Shown here: positions 1-8,275 of the stretch, in pieces
Layout: each line of letters opens with the position of its first letter
How positions within the stretch are numbered: position 1 is the stretch's first letter
From: Deltaproteobacteria bacterium YD0425bin50
Lineage (GTDB): Bacteria > Desulfobacterota > Desulfobacteria > Desulfobacterales > YD0425bin50
DNA: 16,517 nt
Reading direction: 5' to 3'
NCBI GenBank assembly: GCA_002753105.1
Contig: PDZT01000073.1
Span: 1-16,517 of the forward strand
Notes under the pieces: generated by a model
The model's input: only the letters and a program-made list of their open reading frames with translations
Told to the model about the DNA's origin: nothing
The model's database searches: none
Translations under genes and position numbers: made by a program

Positions 1-210
1 CATATTAAGATAAGATATAATGAAAACCATCTATAATAGCTATTCAAAATAAGTTCAATAGTTCAATTATTTTTTCAATGGACATTTCATGATCTATATT
101 TACAGATAATGAATACACAAATTGATCTTTAATGATGTTATTTTGTTTAATTAGATCGCTTTTCTATAAAAAATATAATAAAATTAGATAGATATCAATA
201 ATTACACGAC

Positions 211-226
211 TGGTATATCGTTTGCT
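211..226 (+). promoter_or_regulatory. Candidate sigma54 (RpoN) -24/-12 promoter upstream of pspA
   Basis: TGGTATATCGTTTGCT matches the TGGCACG-N4-TTGC consensus with exact GG-N10-GC spacing (GG 212-213, GC 224-225). It lies about 70 bp upstream of the pspA ATG at 295. E. coli pspA is sigma54/PspF-dependent. Confidence 0.4.
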
Positions 227-294
227 ATACTTTATATTCAACCTACAAAAAATGTACATGATATAAAATAATACTTAAAAAAGGAGAAATCATC

Positions 295-966
295 ATGACA
301 AGTTTTATGCACCGTTTACAGTATGTATTTAAAGCCAAACTTAACCAGTCTATTGAACGTATAGAAGACCCTGAATCCATTTCAAGTATGCTTATTCAAG
401 ACATGGAATGCGCTTTAGTAAAAACCAAATCAGATGTGGTTAATGCGATAGCTGCTGAAAAAAGAATTGAACGTGAGTTGAATCAGCATCAACTATTATG
501 TGGTAATTATAAGAAAAAAGCTGAAGAAATGCTTCATTTAGGTAAAGAAGAACTTGCACGAAAATCATTGTTACGAAAAAATGAGCATCAACAACTTGTG
601 GAAAAGCTTGAAATCGCATGGGAACATGCTAAAAAAAATAGCGATAACTTAAAGGAACGCTTAAAGAAAATTCAGAATCAGATGATTCAACTCAAGCATC
701 GTCAAAAAATTATTGTTGCACGTCAGCGGGCAGTTATGGCATGTGAACAATTGAATACTACATCCATGCCACTGGAAACGCTTCCAAGCCTGATCGATCA
801 ATTTAATCGCATGGAAGATCGGGTTGAAGGAATGGAAATGCGTATTGAGGCCTTAAATGAATTGGAAAATGAAACCGAATCGCTGGATATGGATATCGCT
901 CATGAGCAAGAACAGTATCGCGTAGAAATGGAATTGGCTGAAATGAAAAAAGCGATGAATTCATAA
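295..966 (+). CDS. pspA: Phage shock protein A / IM30 family (PspA/Vipp1/LiaH-like) coiled-coil protein
   Basis: 223 aa. The N-terminal region DPESISSMLIQDMECALVKTKSDVVNAIAAEKRIEREL aligns with the E. coli PspA region [34 protein letters not shown]. The rest is predicted coiled coil. A strong RBS AAAAGGAGAAATCATC precedes the ATG. Confidence 0.85.
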   Translation: MTSFMHRLQYVFKAKLNQSIERIEDPESISSMLIQDMECALVKTKSDVVNAIAAEKRIERELNQHQLLCGNYKKKAEEMLHLGKEELARKSLLRKNEHQQLVEKLEIAWEHAKKNSDNLKERLKKIQNQMIQLKHRQKIIVARQRAVMACEQLNTTSMPLETLPSLIDQFNRMEDRVEGMEMRIEALNELENETESLDMDIAHEQEQYRVEMELAEMKKAMNS

Positions 967-1022
967 ACTTATTGTAACCAACCCAATAGAAAAATGGCAT
1001 TGATCTTCGTTTCGGCCACAAT

Positions 1023-1080
1023 GTAGGGGCGATGCTTGTCATCGCCCTTTTGGAGGGCGAACACAAGGTTCGCCCCTACA
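1023..1080. repeat. GC-rich REP-like palindromic element, dimer form (GTAGGGGCGA...TCGCCCCTAC family)
   Basis: An outer stem GTAGGGG/CCCCTAC encloses two hairpins, GGCGATG-cttgt-CATCGCC and GGCGAAC-acaag-GTTCGCC, whose loops are reverse complements of each other. A single unit of the same family recurs at 7926-7952. Confidence 0.6.
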
Positions 1081-1158
1081 ATTCTGTCACGGCACGAATA
1101 ATGTCTGGCAGAAACGATGATCAATGCCAAAAAAATGATACCTAAAAAGGAGATAGAC

Positions 1159-1440
1159 ATGGAAAACTATGGCATTCAACGAGATTCTGCATCGTGGATA
1201 TTATTTGTAAAGCTCTCATTTGTTGCATCGGTGATGGCGATGCTATGCGGCATTTACTTTTTACCAACAGATTTTTGGGTTAAAGGCTATATGACAATGG
1301 GTATGATTTTTTTAATTGGCTCATCCATAACGCTTTCCAAAACACTTAGAGATGAACATGAAGCTCAAACACTGATTAAAAAAATAAGCTCAGCAAAAAC
1401 TGAAAAAATACTTAAAGAATATGATCAGGACATTTCATAA
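1159..1440 (+). CDS. YiaA/YiaB two-helix domain inner-membrane protein
   Basis: Two hydrophobic helices carry the WxL...KGY...SKTLRDE pattern of the YiaAB domain (compare E. coli YiaA ...EKGYY...QKTVRD). The RBS AAAAAGGAGATAGAC precedes the ATG at 1159. The ORF tracker's upstream start at 1117 lacks an RBS. Confidence 0.6.
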   Translation: MENYGIQRDSASWILFVKLSFVASVMAMLCGIYFLPTDFWVKGYMTMGMIFLIGSSITLSKTLRDEHEAQTLIKKISSAKTEKILKEYDQDIS

Positions 1441-1474
1441 TCGGCCGTTCGGCTATAAGCGGAATTTTGGAGAT

Positions 1475-1500
1475 GCAGGCCTTTTACCTGCCTGCTTTTA
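1475..1500 (+). terminator. Possible weak rho-independent terminator after the yiaAB-like gene
   Basis: The stem GCAGGC (1475-1480) pairs with GCCTGC (1490-1495) and is followed by TTTT. Confidence 0.3.
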
Positions 1501-1609
1501 CAAAAATACTTAGATAATTGCTTGACATAAAGACAAATGAAGGCATAAAAGATTAATTCTTGAAATTCATCAATTCAAAATTTTTTAAATGAAGAGGAGA
1601 AATAGTTTA

Positions 1610-2428
1610 ATGAAACGCGTAACTTTGTTTTTTGCTCTATGGATCATCATGTTTTTGTTTTCTCAGAACATGATTTATGCAACTGAAATATCAATGGATG
1701 AAAAAGCCTTAAAGGAGTTCATTATTCAAGTCATCAAAGACAATCCTGAACTGATTTATAAAACCGCAAATGAATATGTTAAACAAATGCGTGAAAAACA
1801 ATTAATTCAGAAAATTGATGAGAGTTTTAAAAACAGAGTTATTGATGAACCGAGACCCAATAACCCGGTTAAAGGGCCTGCCAATGCGCCTATTACTATC
1901 ATTGAATATACTGATTTTCAATGCCCATATTGTTCCAGAGGGGCGATTACCATGCATTCTGTTCTTCAAAAATATTCTGACAAGGTGAAACTGGTGTTTA
2001 AAAACTTGCCATTGAGTTCCCATCAATTAGCGATGATGGCTTCACAGGCCAGCCTTGCAGCTCATAAACAGGGAAAATTCTGGGAATATCATGATATCCT
2101 GTTTCAAAATTCAACTATGCTTAAAGAACCCATGTTTGAAGAATTTGCAAAACAATTAGGACTTGATCTTGTCCAATTTAATGCAGATCGGCAATCTGAA
2201 GCCATTCAAAAACAAATTGAAGAGGAAAAAGCTCAGGCTAATAAACTTCAATTCACAGGAACGCCTGTATTTATTGTGAATGGTGTGGTTGTCCAAGGTG
2301 CTCAAGACCTCAATTATTTTAGTTTAATCATCGATAGATTGCTATCTGAAATATCAAGTACACCGCCTACGCCTACGCCATCATCACCACCATCACCTAC
2401 GCCTACTCCGATACCTACTAAAGAATAA
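1610..2428 (+). CDS. Periplasmic DsbA-family thiol:disulfide oxidoreductase (DsbA_Com1-like) with a C-terminal Pro/Thr-rich tail
   Basis: Thioredoxin active site APITIIEYTDFQCPYCSRG (CPYC). N-terminal signal peptide ending in IYA. The RBS GAGGAG lies 10 nt before the ATG at 1610, whereas the ATG at 1589 has none. The C-terminus is STPPTPTPSSPPSPTPTPIPTKE. Confidence 0.8.
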   Translation: MKRVTLFFALWIIMFLFSQNMIYATEISMDEKALKEFIIQVIKDNPELIYKTANEYVKQMREKQLIQKIDESFKNRVIDEPRPNNPVKGPANAPITIIEYTDFQCPYCSRGAITMHSVLQKYSDKVKLVFKNLPLSSHQLAMMASQASLAAHKQGKFWEYHDILFQNSTMLKEPMFEEFAKQLGLDLVQFNADRQSEAIQKQIEEEKAQANKLQFTGTPVFIVNGVVVQGAQDLNYFSLIIDRLLSEISSTPPTPTPSSPPSPTPTPIPTKE

Positions 2429-2467
2429 AAAGGATAAAATGATCTGCTATATGTTAAGGAATAAGGC

Positions 2468-4543
2468 ATGAAAATATTAATTGTTGATGATGATCCCATT
2501 ACGTTGGATGTTTTAGATAATTTTTCCGAAACGCTTGGCTTTGAAGTACTCAAAGCCAACAATGGGAAGGAAGCATGGGAACTATGGCAGAATCATAAAA
2601 CAAGCATCGTTATCACAGATATTTTAATGCCTGAGTTGGATGGTTTTTCTCTATGTCAACATATCCGAAATAATGAAATTGGCGTTTATACCTACATTAT
2701 TATTTTAACCATAGCGAATTCGTCTGAATCCATAGCAAAAGGTATGCAAATTGGTGCAGATGATTATCTAATCAAGCCGGTTGATTTTGAAACCTTGCAT
2801 TATCGATTAAAAGCCGCAACACGAATCGTTAACTTAATCTCTGAATTAAAAAGAACCAAGAATGATTTAATCAAAAAACAGATAGAACTAACCTTTATTA
2901 CTGAAAGACAACACGTTGAATTGATCCAAGCCAAACAAGTTGCCAATATTGCCAATTTGGCAAAAAGAGATTTTCTGGCAACGATAAGCCATGAACTCAG
3001 AACACCGATGAATGGTATTATTGGAATTGCAAGCCTGTTACAGGAAACAAGACTCAATGAAACACAAATAAAATATACAACGATTCTAAACAACAGTGCC
3101 AATGAATTATTAAAACTGATCAATGATATCATTAATTTTACACGAATTGAATCAGGAGACTTACTTGTAGAATATTCGAATTTTGATTTACAGATGTTGA
3201 TTGACGATTTAATGAAGCAGTTTTTACCTAAATCCAACAAAAAAAACATAGAATTGACTTGTGACATCAAAGAAAACGTGGAGTTACAGCTCTGCGGAGA
3301 TTCAGGTAAATTATTCAATATTCTCCAGCAATTATTGGATAATGCAATCAAATTTACCCATCAGGGTAAAATAACGATGAATGTGTTCACAAATCCTCTT
3401 CATGATAACTGTATTAAACTCAATATATCCATCTCTGATTCCGGGATTGGCATATCAGATGAGAATTTACAGAAACTCTTCCAGCTATTTTATCGCGCAG
3501 ATACTTCTTTAACCCGAAAATATCCGGGGCTTGGTATTGGACTGGCTACGTGTCAGCGTTTAATAGAGATGATGGGAGGAAATATTCATGTAAAAAGTAA
3601 ATACGGTGTTGGTACAACCGTTTGGCTTTCGTTGATATTTGAAAAGCAATCCCATAAAGAGCCTGTTACAGACCAAATCAATAGGGTACCTGTTGTGCAA
3701 CATCATAAACAACCCAGTTCAAAGTCTTCTTCTGGATTACAAGCCCATATACTCGTTGTAGAGGATACATATGAAACTCAAATGATTGTACAGGCAATAC
3801 TTGAAAAAGAGAAATACAATGTGGATTTTGCATCGAATGGAAAAATTGCAATTCAAATGCTTGAGTCAATTCCCTATGACTTAGTTCTCATGGATATTAT
3901 GATGCCGGATATGGATGGATTAGAGCTTACAAAAAAAATTAGAAATCAGGAAATCCAACTTCATACCCAAGATATTCCGATCATTGCCATGACTGCATAT
4001 GGGTTAGATGGTGATAAAGAACGTTTTTTAAAATCTGGAATGAGTGGTTACTTATCAAAACCCTTTACTGCTGATGACTTAAGGCAGACAGTCGAACAAG
4101 CACTCTTTTTAAGAACGTTGAACCATCCAACGATCTCTGAACATCAATCGGAGAAGTTAGAAAAAAAACAACCATCTGAAACTGAAATCAATGATACCCC
4201 CATTTTTTTTAATCATCAGGAATTGTTGGAACGAACGAATAATAACCCCGAACTTATAAAACAACTCATACACCGTTTCTTATCAGATATCCCCAATAGA
4301 ATTAAATCGATTAAAGATGCTTGCCAAACGAATGAGTTAGATAGAATCGAAATGCTTGCACATACAATTAAAGGTGCGTCAGCCAATTTATCACTAAAAT
4401 CAATGCAAAAAGCAGCAGACCGATTAGAATCATTCGCGCATAAAAAAGAACAAACGCTGATGCCCCACCTTATTCTTGAACTTGAACATCAATTTTTTAT
4501 CTTACAATCCATTCTATCGGAATATATAGCTGATCAGAAATGA
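2468..4543 (+). CDS. Cytoplasmic hybrid histidine kinase, domain order REC-HisKA-HATPase_c-REC-Hpt
   Basis: N-terminal REC (VDDD...ITDILMPELDG...IKP). H-box LATISHELRTPMNGIIG. N-box LLDNAIKFT. G-boxes DSGIGI and GLGIGLA. Second REC (ILVVEDT...LMDIMMPDMDG...SKPF). Hpt motif HTIKGASANLSL. No transmembrane or sensor domain. Confidence 0.85.
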   Translation: MKILIVDDDPITLDVLDNFSETLGFEVLKANNGKEAWELWQNHKTSIVITDILMPELDGFSLCQHIRNNEIGVYTYIIILTIANSSESIAKGMQIGADDYLIKPVDFETLHYRLKAATRIVNLISELKRTKNDLIKKQIELTFITERQHVELIQAKQVANIANLAKRDFLATISHELRTPMNGIIGIASLLQETRLNETQIKYTTILNNSANELLKLINDIINFTRIESGDLLVEYSNFDLQMLIDDLMKQFLPKSNKKNIELTCDIKENVELQLCGDSGKLFNILQQLLDNAIKFTHQGKITMNVFTNPLHDNCIKLNISISDSGIGISDENLQKLFQLFYRADTSLTRKYPGLGIGLATCQRLIEMMGGNIHVKSKYGVGTTVWLSLIFEKQSHKEPVTDQINRVPVVQHHKQPSSKSSSGLQAHILVVEDTYETQMIVQAILEKEKYNVDFASNGKIAIQMLESIPYDLVLMDIMMPDMDGLELTKKIRNQEIQLHTQDIPIIAMTAYGLDGDKERFLKSGMSGYLSKPFTADDLRQTVEQALFLRTLNHPTISEHQSEKLEKKQPSETEINDTPIFFNHQELLERTNNNPELIKQLIHRFLSDIPNRIKSIKDACQTNELDRIEMLAHTIKGASANLSLKSMQKAADRLESFAHKKEQTLMPHLILELEHQFFILQSILSEYIADQK

Positions 4544-4553
4544 CCAAAATGGA

Positions 4554-5780
4554 TTAAGCTGGTTTTTTGACCTGTGAAGGCAATAATACTCGAAAACACG
4601 ATCCTTTTTGAGGAGTGCTTTCGATTAAAATAGTTCCGCGATGTCCTTGCACTATTCCAAGAACCATTGTTAATCCAAGCCCTCTGCCAATAAATCGTGT
4701 GGAGAAAAAAGGATCAAAAATTTTTAACATCGTATTATCGTCCATACCATGTCCAGTATCCTGAACTTCAAAATACGAAAAAAATCCTTCTTGGAGTTTC
4801 ATTTCAATGTGAGCATTAAACAATTCTTCTTTTGAAAAATGTTTTGCATGGGTTCGGATGGTAATTAGTCCGGACTGATTGCCTATGGCTTCATCTGCAT
4901 TGGTCACAAGGTGCATAATGACTTTTTCAATTTGCGCGGTATCTGCTTTGACATCAGGTAACTCTTTTTCTAATTCATAATTCACGATAATATGAGGTGA
5001 TACCGTTGAATCAATGATCGGTTTTAATTCTTTAAGTACCTGATTAAAATTAAGAAAATTGGCAATGATTTTAGATTTGCCAGTATAGTCTATAAGCTGC
5101 TTGGTTAAATCGGCTGATTTTAATGTAGCTTGCTGAATTTTATCCACATATTTGATTAAAGTTGAATCTTGTGGGACGAGTTGTTTTAATATTGATGCAT
5201 TGCCAAGAATCCCCATCAATTGGTTGTTGAAATCATGTGCAATTCCTCTTGTTAAAACACTAAGGCTTTCTAATTTTTGAGCACGTAACATTTGAGCCTG
5301 AATTTTTTCTTTTTCTTTTTCTGCCAATTCGCGCTGTTTGATTTCATTTAATGCTTTGTCTCTCATTTGCCTGTATTCAAAAACGCGCTGGGTGAGCTCA
5401 GTTACATTTTCAATTGCAATTAATGCGTAATGTCCATTTCCATCAAATGAAGGAAACGCCGATATTGTTGTATTCTGATTCATCCATTGACCATTTGAAA
5501 GCAAACATGGAATAAAATACTGATGAAGATGTGTAGAAAATAAGACGGGTGGGCCGCCTTCAAAGATTGTTTCTATTCGGCTTAGATATCGGTCTGTATT
5601 CAAATGAGAGTAGTGTGATAACAGGGAGGTGCCAAGAATTTCATTACTGTGTTTATTTGACCAATATTCAATACATTGGTTCCAAAACAGAACTTGATAT
5701 TCACTGTTGATAACCACCATACCAACAGGAGTATGGTTTAGTACATCGAATTTTTCCAAAGCTAATTTAAAAATGTCCAT
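4554..5780 (-). CDS. PAS-domain sensor histidine kinase (HisKA + HATPase_c), cytoplasmic
   Basis: N-terminal PAS-like region. H-box GIAHDFNNQLMGILG. G-boxes DTGHGMD and GRGLGLTMV. No transmembrane segment. Confidence 0.8.
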   Translation of the reverse strand: MDIFKLALEKFDVLNHTPVGMVVINSEYQVLFWNQCIEYWSNKHSNEILGTSLLSHYSHLNTDRYLSRIETIFEGGPPVLFSTHLHQYFIPCLLSNGQWMNQNTTISAFPSFDGNGHYALIAIENVTELTQRVFEYRQMRDKALNEIKQRELAEKEKEKIQAQMLRAQKLESLSVLTRGIAHDFNNQLMGILGNASILKQLVPQDSTLIKYVDKIQQATLKSADLTKQLIDYTGKSKIIANFLNFNQVLKELKPIIDSTVSPHIIVNYELEKELPDVKADTAQIEKVIMHLVTNADEAIGNQSGLITIRTHAKHFSKEELFNAHIEMKLQEGFFSYFEVQDTGHGMDDNTMLKIFDPFFSTRFIGRGLGLTMVLGIVQGHRGTILIESTPQKGSCFRVLLPSQVKKPA

Positions 5781-5800
5781 GAATATTATATTATTTTAAC

Positions 5801-6412
5801 TTAAACCTGTGAAAAATATTGATCAATCCTATGAATTAGGACATCCATAGATGGCACTTCAAACAAGAGCACAATATCGCCATGAATTGAAAGTTTTTCA
5901 ACTGAAAATTGTGTTTTTGCAAGAAGGATTGCTGTATTTTTTTCAACCATTTTAAAATAAAGATTCGAAGCATAATCCTCAATATAACCCGGTACAACAA
6001 AATGAAGAGGCAAAGACAGCATATTCGAAAATGTTCCCATAACACTGTTCAATACAATATTACCAATTTCAGAAAGTGTCCCTGAACGCATAAAACTAAT
6101 ATCATCCATAGACAAATTATGTATATCTTCACCCGTAACCGTAGCAACGAGTTCAGACGCATTTTCAGATGAAAAAATTAACTGTGCTGTGCCATACAAT
6201 GTGCCTTTAAACCCTAAATTCACTGATGAAAGTTTGTCGTTACCCATTTCTTTTAATTCATTGATTAACTCAGTAGAATCTAAAATCTTAACTAATGGTA
6301 CCCGTAATTGAATATGTGAATTTAATATCTTATTTAATACTGCTGCGCCTTTACCTACTCCGATATTAATGATCTCTGAAAGCGCGTCCATCTGGATACG
6401 TGTTAATTCCAT
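5801..6412 (-). CDS. CheC/CheX/FliY-family CheY-P phosphatase-like protein
   Basis: Two CheC-type active-site motifs, DALSEIINIGVGKGAAVLNKIL...RVP and SGTLSEIGNIVLNSVMGTFSNML...VVP, each with the E-x2-N pattern and a downstream Pro. Confidence 0.65.
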   Translation of the reverse strand: MELTRIQMDALSEIINIGVGKGAAVLNKILNSHIQLRVPLVKILDSTELINELKEMGNDKLSSVNLGFKGTLYGTAQLIFSSENASELVATVTGEDIHNLSMDDISFMRSGTLSEIGNIVLNSVMGTFSNMLSLPLHFVVPGYIEDYASNLYFKMVEKNTAILLAKTQFSVEKLSIHGDIVLLFEVPSMDVLIHRIDQYFSQV

Positions 6413-6429
6413 GATTTAATTTCCAAAAA

Positions 6430-6789
6430 TTAAGAATTGATGAAGCGATGAACTAATGATCTAATGGTCTTTTCATCGGCAGGTTTGTTGATGTAATCCG
6501 CAGCACCTAATTGAAAACATTTTTCTTTTGCTGTATCCTGAATATCGGCAGTTAAAATAATCACTGGAAAATGATATCCCTTATCTTTAATGAGCTTTAA
6601 TGTTTCATAACCGTCCATATCTGGCATTAAAAGATCAAGAAGCATACAATCAGGAGGCGTTTGTTGTATAAGGGATAGTGCTTGAATCCCCCCATTGGCT
6701 TCAATGATTTGATAACCATCTAATTTAAGTATGTTAGCTAATACGCGTCTTGTTAACCATGAATCATCCACAATCATCACTATAGCCAT
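6430..6789 (-). CDS. Single-domain CheY-like response regulator (REC only)
   Basis: 119 aa. IVDD near the N-terminus, phospho-acceptor context LLDLLMPDMDG, conserved T (ILTAD) and K (NKP). The RBS AGGTGA precedes the ATG. Confidence 0.85.
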   Translation of the reverse strand: MAIVMIVDDSWLTRRVLANILKLDGYQIIEANGGIQALSLIQQTPPDCMLLDLLMPDMDGYETLKLIKDKGYHFPVIILTADIQDTAKEKCFQLGAADYINKPADEKTIRSLVHRFINS

Positions 6790-7038
6790 ATACGATCACC
6801 TGTTATTTTTTTTCTTTTATCTTATAGCTATCCTGTCTCTTTTAATTTTTTTACCTTAAATGCTAAATTTTTAAATGTCAATCGATCATTGATAAATTGT
6901 TAATTGTTCAGCGTTCAGAAAAATTAATTATTTTTTATCTTGCTTAGAAATGTTTCTATTTGATATTATTATAATAATTGATCATCAAGAGATTATCATA
7001 TGTAAACAGTAAACAGTTAATTGAAACAAAATAAATAG

Positions 7039-7929
7039 ATGTCTTTAATCGATATTACGATTATTATACCAGTTCATTCTGCTAGTAATTCTCTGTTAAA
7101 CCTGTTTTATTCATTAAACAAACAGAATTGTCACAATTTGAAAGCAGAATTTATCTTTATTATTGATCAATGCCCAGAGAATGTGTTTCAATTTGTTCAA
7201 CACTGGTGCATCTCTCAAGAAAAGCATTCGTGGAAATGTTATGCTGTATCCTATGGAAATTCGGATCAATCAAGAGAATTTGGACGTCAGGCAGCACATG
7301 GAAACATTTTAGCATTTCTTGATGATGATTGTCGTCCTTGTCAGGATTGGTTATGGACAGGATGGCACATGATGATATCTCATTCTTATCTTGTTGCTGT
7401 TACCGGGCCGGTTTTACATCAAGACAACCTGATTGGCACTTGTTTGGCAGTAGCTAATTTCGGTGAATTTCAAGATAATCGCATAAAATTTTTAAAAAAT
7501 GCTCCGGGATGCAATCTGTTTGTACGCTCATCAGCCATCAAGTCATATCCATCTATTCAGGAATGCGGATATGCGGGTGATCGGCTTTTAGCTTCACAAC
7601 TTGCACATCAAGGTAAAATTGCATTCATCCCAACATTAAACGTTTTCCATGATCATGGGCAAACATGGAAAAAAATCCCGATGAGAGAATTTCGATATGG
7701 ACAAGTTGCATGGCTTTCCCGAAAAATAGACCCTTCATTACCGGGGAGCCGAATTTTAAATTTAGGAATAATTGCACCTTTCGTTATATCCACAGCTCGA
7801 TTTGCCATAGATATAAAACGTCTCTGGTCTGGATCATGGCGATTATGGCATCAATGTGTGTTATCCCTTATGTTTATCCCATTTCGCATAGCCTATGGTT
7901 TGGGTGTATGGAAATCAAAATTCCCGTAG
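7039..7929 (+). CDS. Family 2 glycosyltransferase (GT-A fold)
   Basis: The N-terminal ITIIIPVHSA and the FLDDDC (DxD-like) motif are typical of GT2. The stop codon TAG lies inside a REP hairpin. Confidence 0.65.
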   Translation: MSLIDITIIIPVHSASNSLLNLFYSLNKQNCHNLKAEFIFIIDQCPENVFQFVQHWCISQEKHSWKCYAVSYGNSDQSREFGRQAAHGNILAFLDDDCRPCQDWLWTGWHMMISHSYLVAVTGPVLHQDNLIGTCLAVANFGEFQDNRIKFLKNAPGCNLFVRSSAIKSYPSIQECGYAGDRLLASQLAHQGKIAFIPTLNVFHDHGQTWKKIPMREFRYGQVAWLSRKIDPSLPGSRILNLGIIAPFVISTARFAIDIKRLWSGSWRLWHQCVLSLMFIPFRIAYGLGVWKSKFP

Positions 7930-7952
7930 GGGCGAGGCATGCTCGCCCCTAC
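7926..7952. repeat. REP-like palindromic unit GTAGGGGCGAG-gcatg-CTCGCCCCTAC
   Basis: Perfect 11-bp stem with a 5-nt loop. Same family as 1023-1080. It overlaps the GT2 stop codon and may act as a terminator or mRNA stabiliser. Confidence 0.6.
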
Positions 7953-8006
7953 AATCGTGCACCTTTGCATTTATTTCTGATTCTAAAGGATTTTGTGGTC
8001 GACGAA

Positions 8007-8192
8007 AACCCCGAAGGGGTTAAACATACCAGCCCAGGGCAGAGCCCTGGGATAGGAACATATTGAGATAAGCCCTGAAAGGGCGTTACATAATGATGAA
8101 TATATCACGCCCTTTCAGGGCTAAGATGTACTTTGCCAATATCCCAGGGCGGTTGCCCTGGGCTGGTATGTAACGCCCTTTTCAGGGCTTAT
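8007..8192. repeat. Composite array of GC-rich palindromes (BIME/MITE-like) between the convergent GT2 and MVP genes
   Basis: Hairpin AACCCC-gaa-GGGGTT at 8007-8021. Module B (CCCAGGGC-loop-GCCCTGGG flanked by ACCAGCC/GGCTGGT) occurs at 8026-8056 and inverted at 8141-8170. Module A (ATAAGCCCTGAAAGGGCGTTA) occurs at 8068-8088 and inverted at 8107-8125 and 8171-8192. The arrangement B+ A+ A- B- A- forms a large imperfect inverted repeat. Confidence 0.7.
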
Positions 8193-8275
8193 CAAATACA
8201 CAACAAAATCCGTTAGAACCAGATTTATTTATCTGAAAATTTGTATTATTGGGTATATTATTTATTTTGACATAC

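Noticed and set aside
803-1160. Minus-strand ORFs 803-1066 and 969-1160 (87 and 63 aa)
   Set aside because: They lie antisense to the 3' end of pspA and run across the REP palindrome. They have no RBS and low-complexity translation, so they are artefacts of the GC-rich repeat.
1802-3869. Minus-strand ORFs 1802-2026, 2314-2562, 2800-3351 and 3678-3869
   Set aside because: All lie antisense within the well-supported dsbA-like and hybrid kinase genes. Their hydrophobic, low-complexity products are typical of shadow ORFs in AT-rich DNA.
5836-6045. Minus-strand ORF 5836-6045 (69 aa), out of frame inside the CheC-like gene
   Set aside because: It overlaps a strongly supported CDS on the same strand in another frame. 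Its Cys/Leu-rich product has no motif.
6790-7038. Sigma54-type or other defined promoter in the divergent AT-rich region between the CheY-like gene and the GT2 gene
   Set aside because: No GG-N10-GC element was found. Only a TAAACAG x2 direct repeat occurs near 7003-7016. Many -10-like hexamers occur in AT-rich DNA and cannot be discriminated by eye.
7665-8066. Plus-strand ORF 7665-8066 (133 aa)
   Set aside because: It overlaps the GT2 gene out of frame and continues through the REP and palindrome array. It is a read-through artefact.
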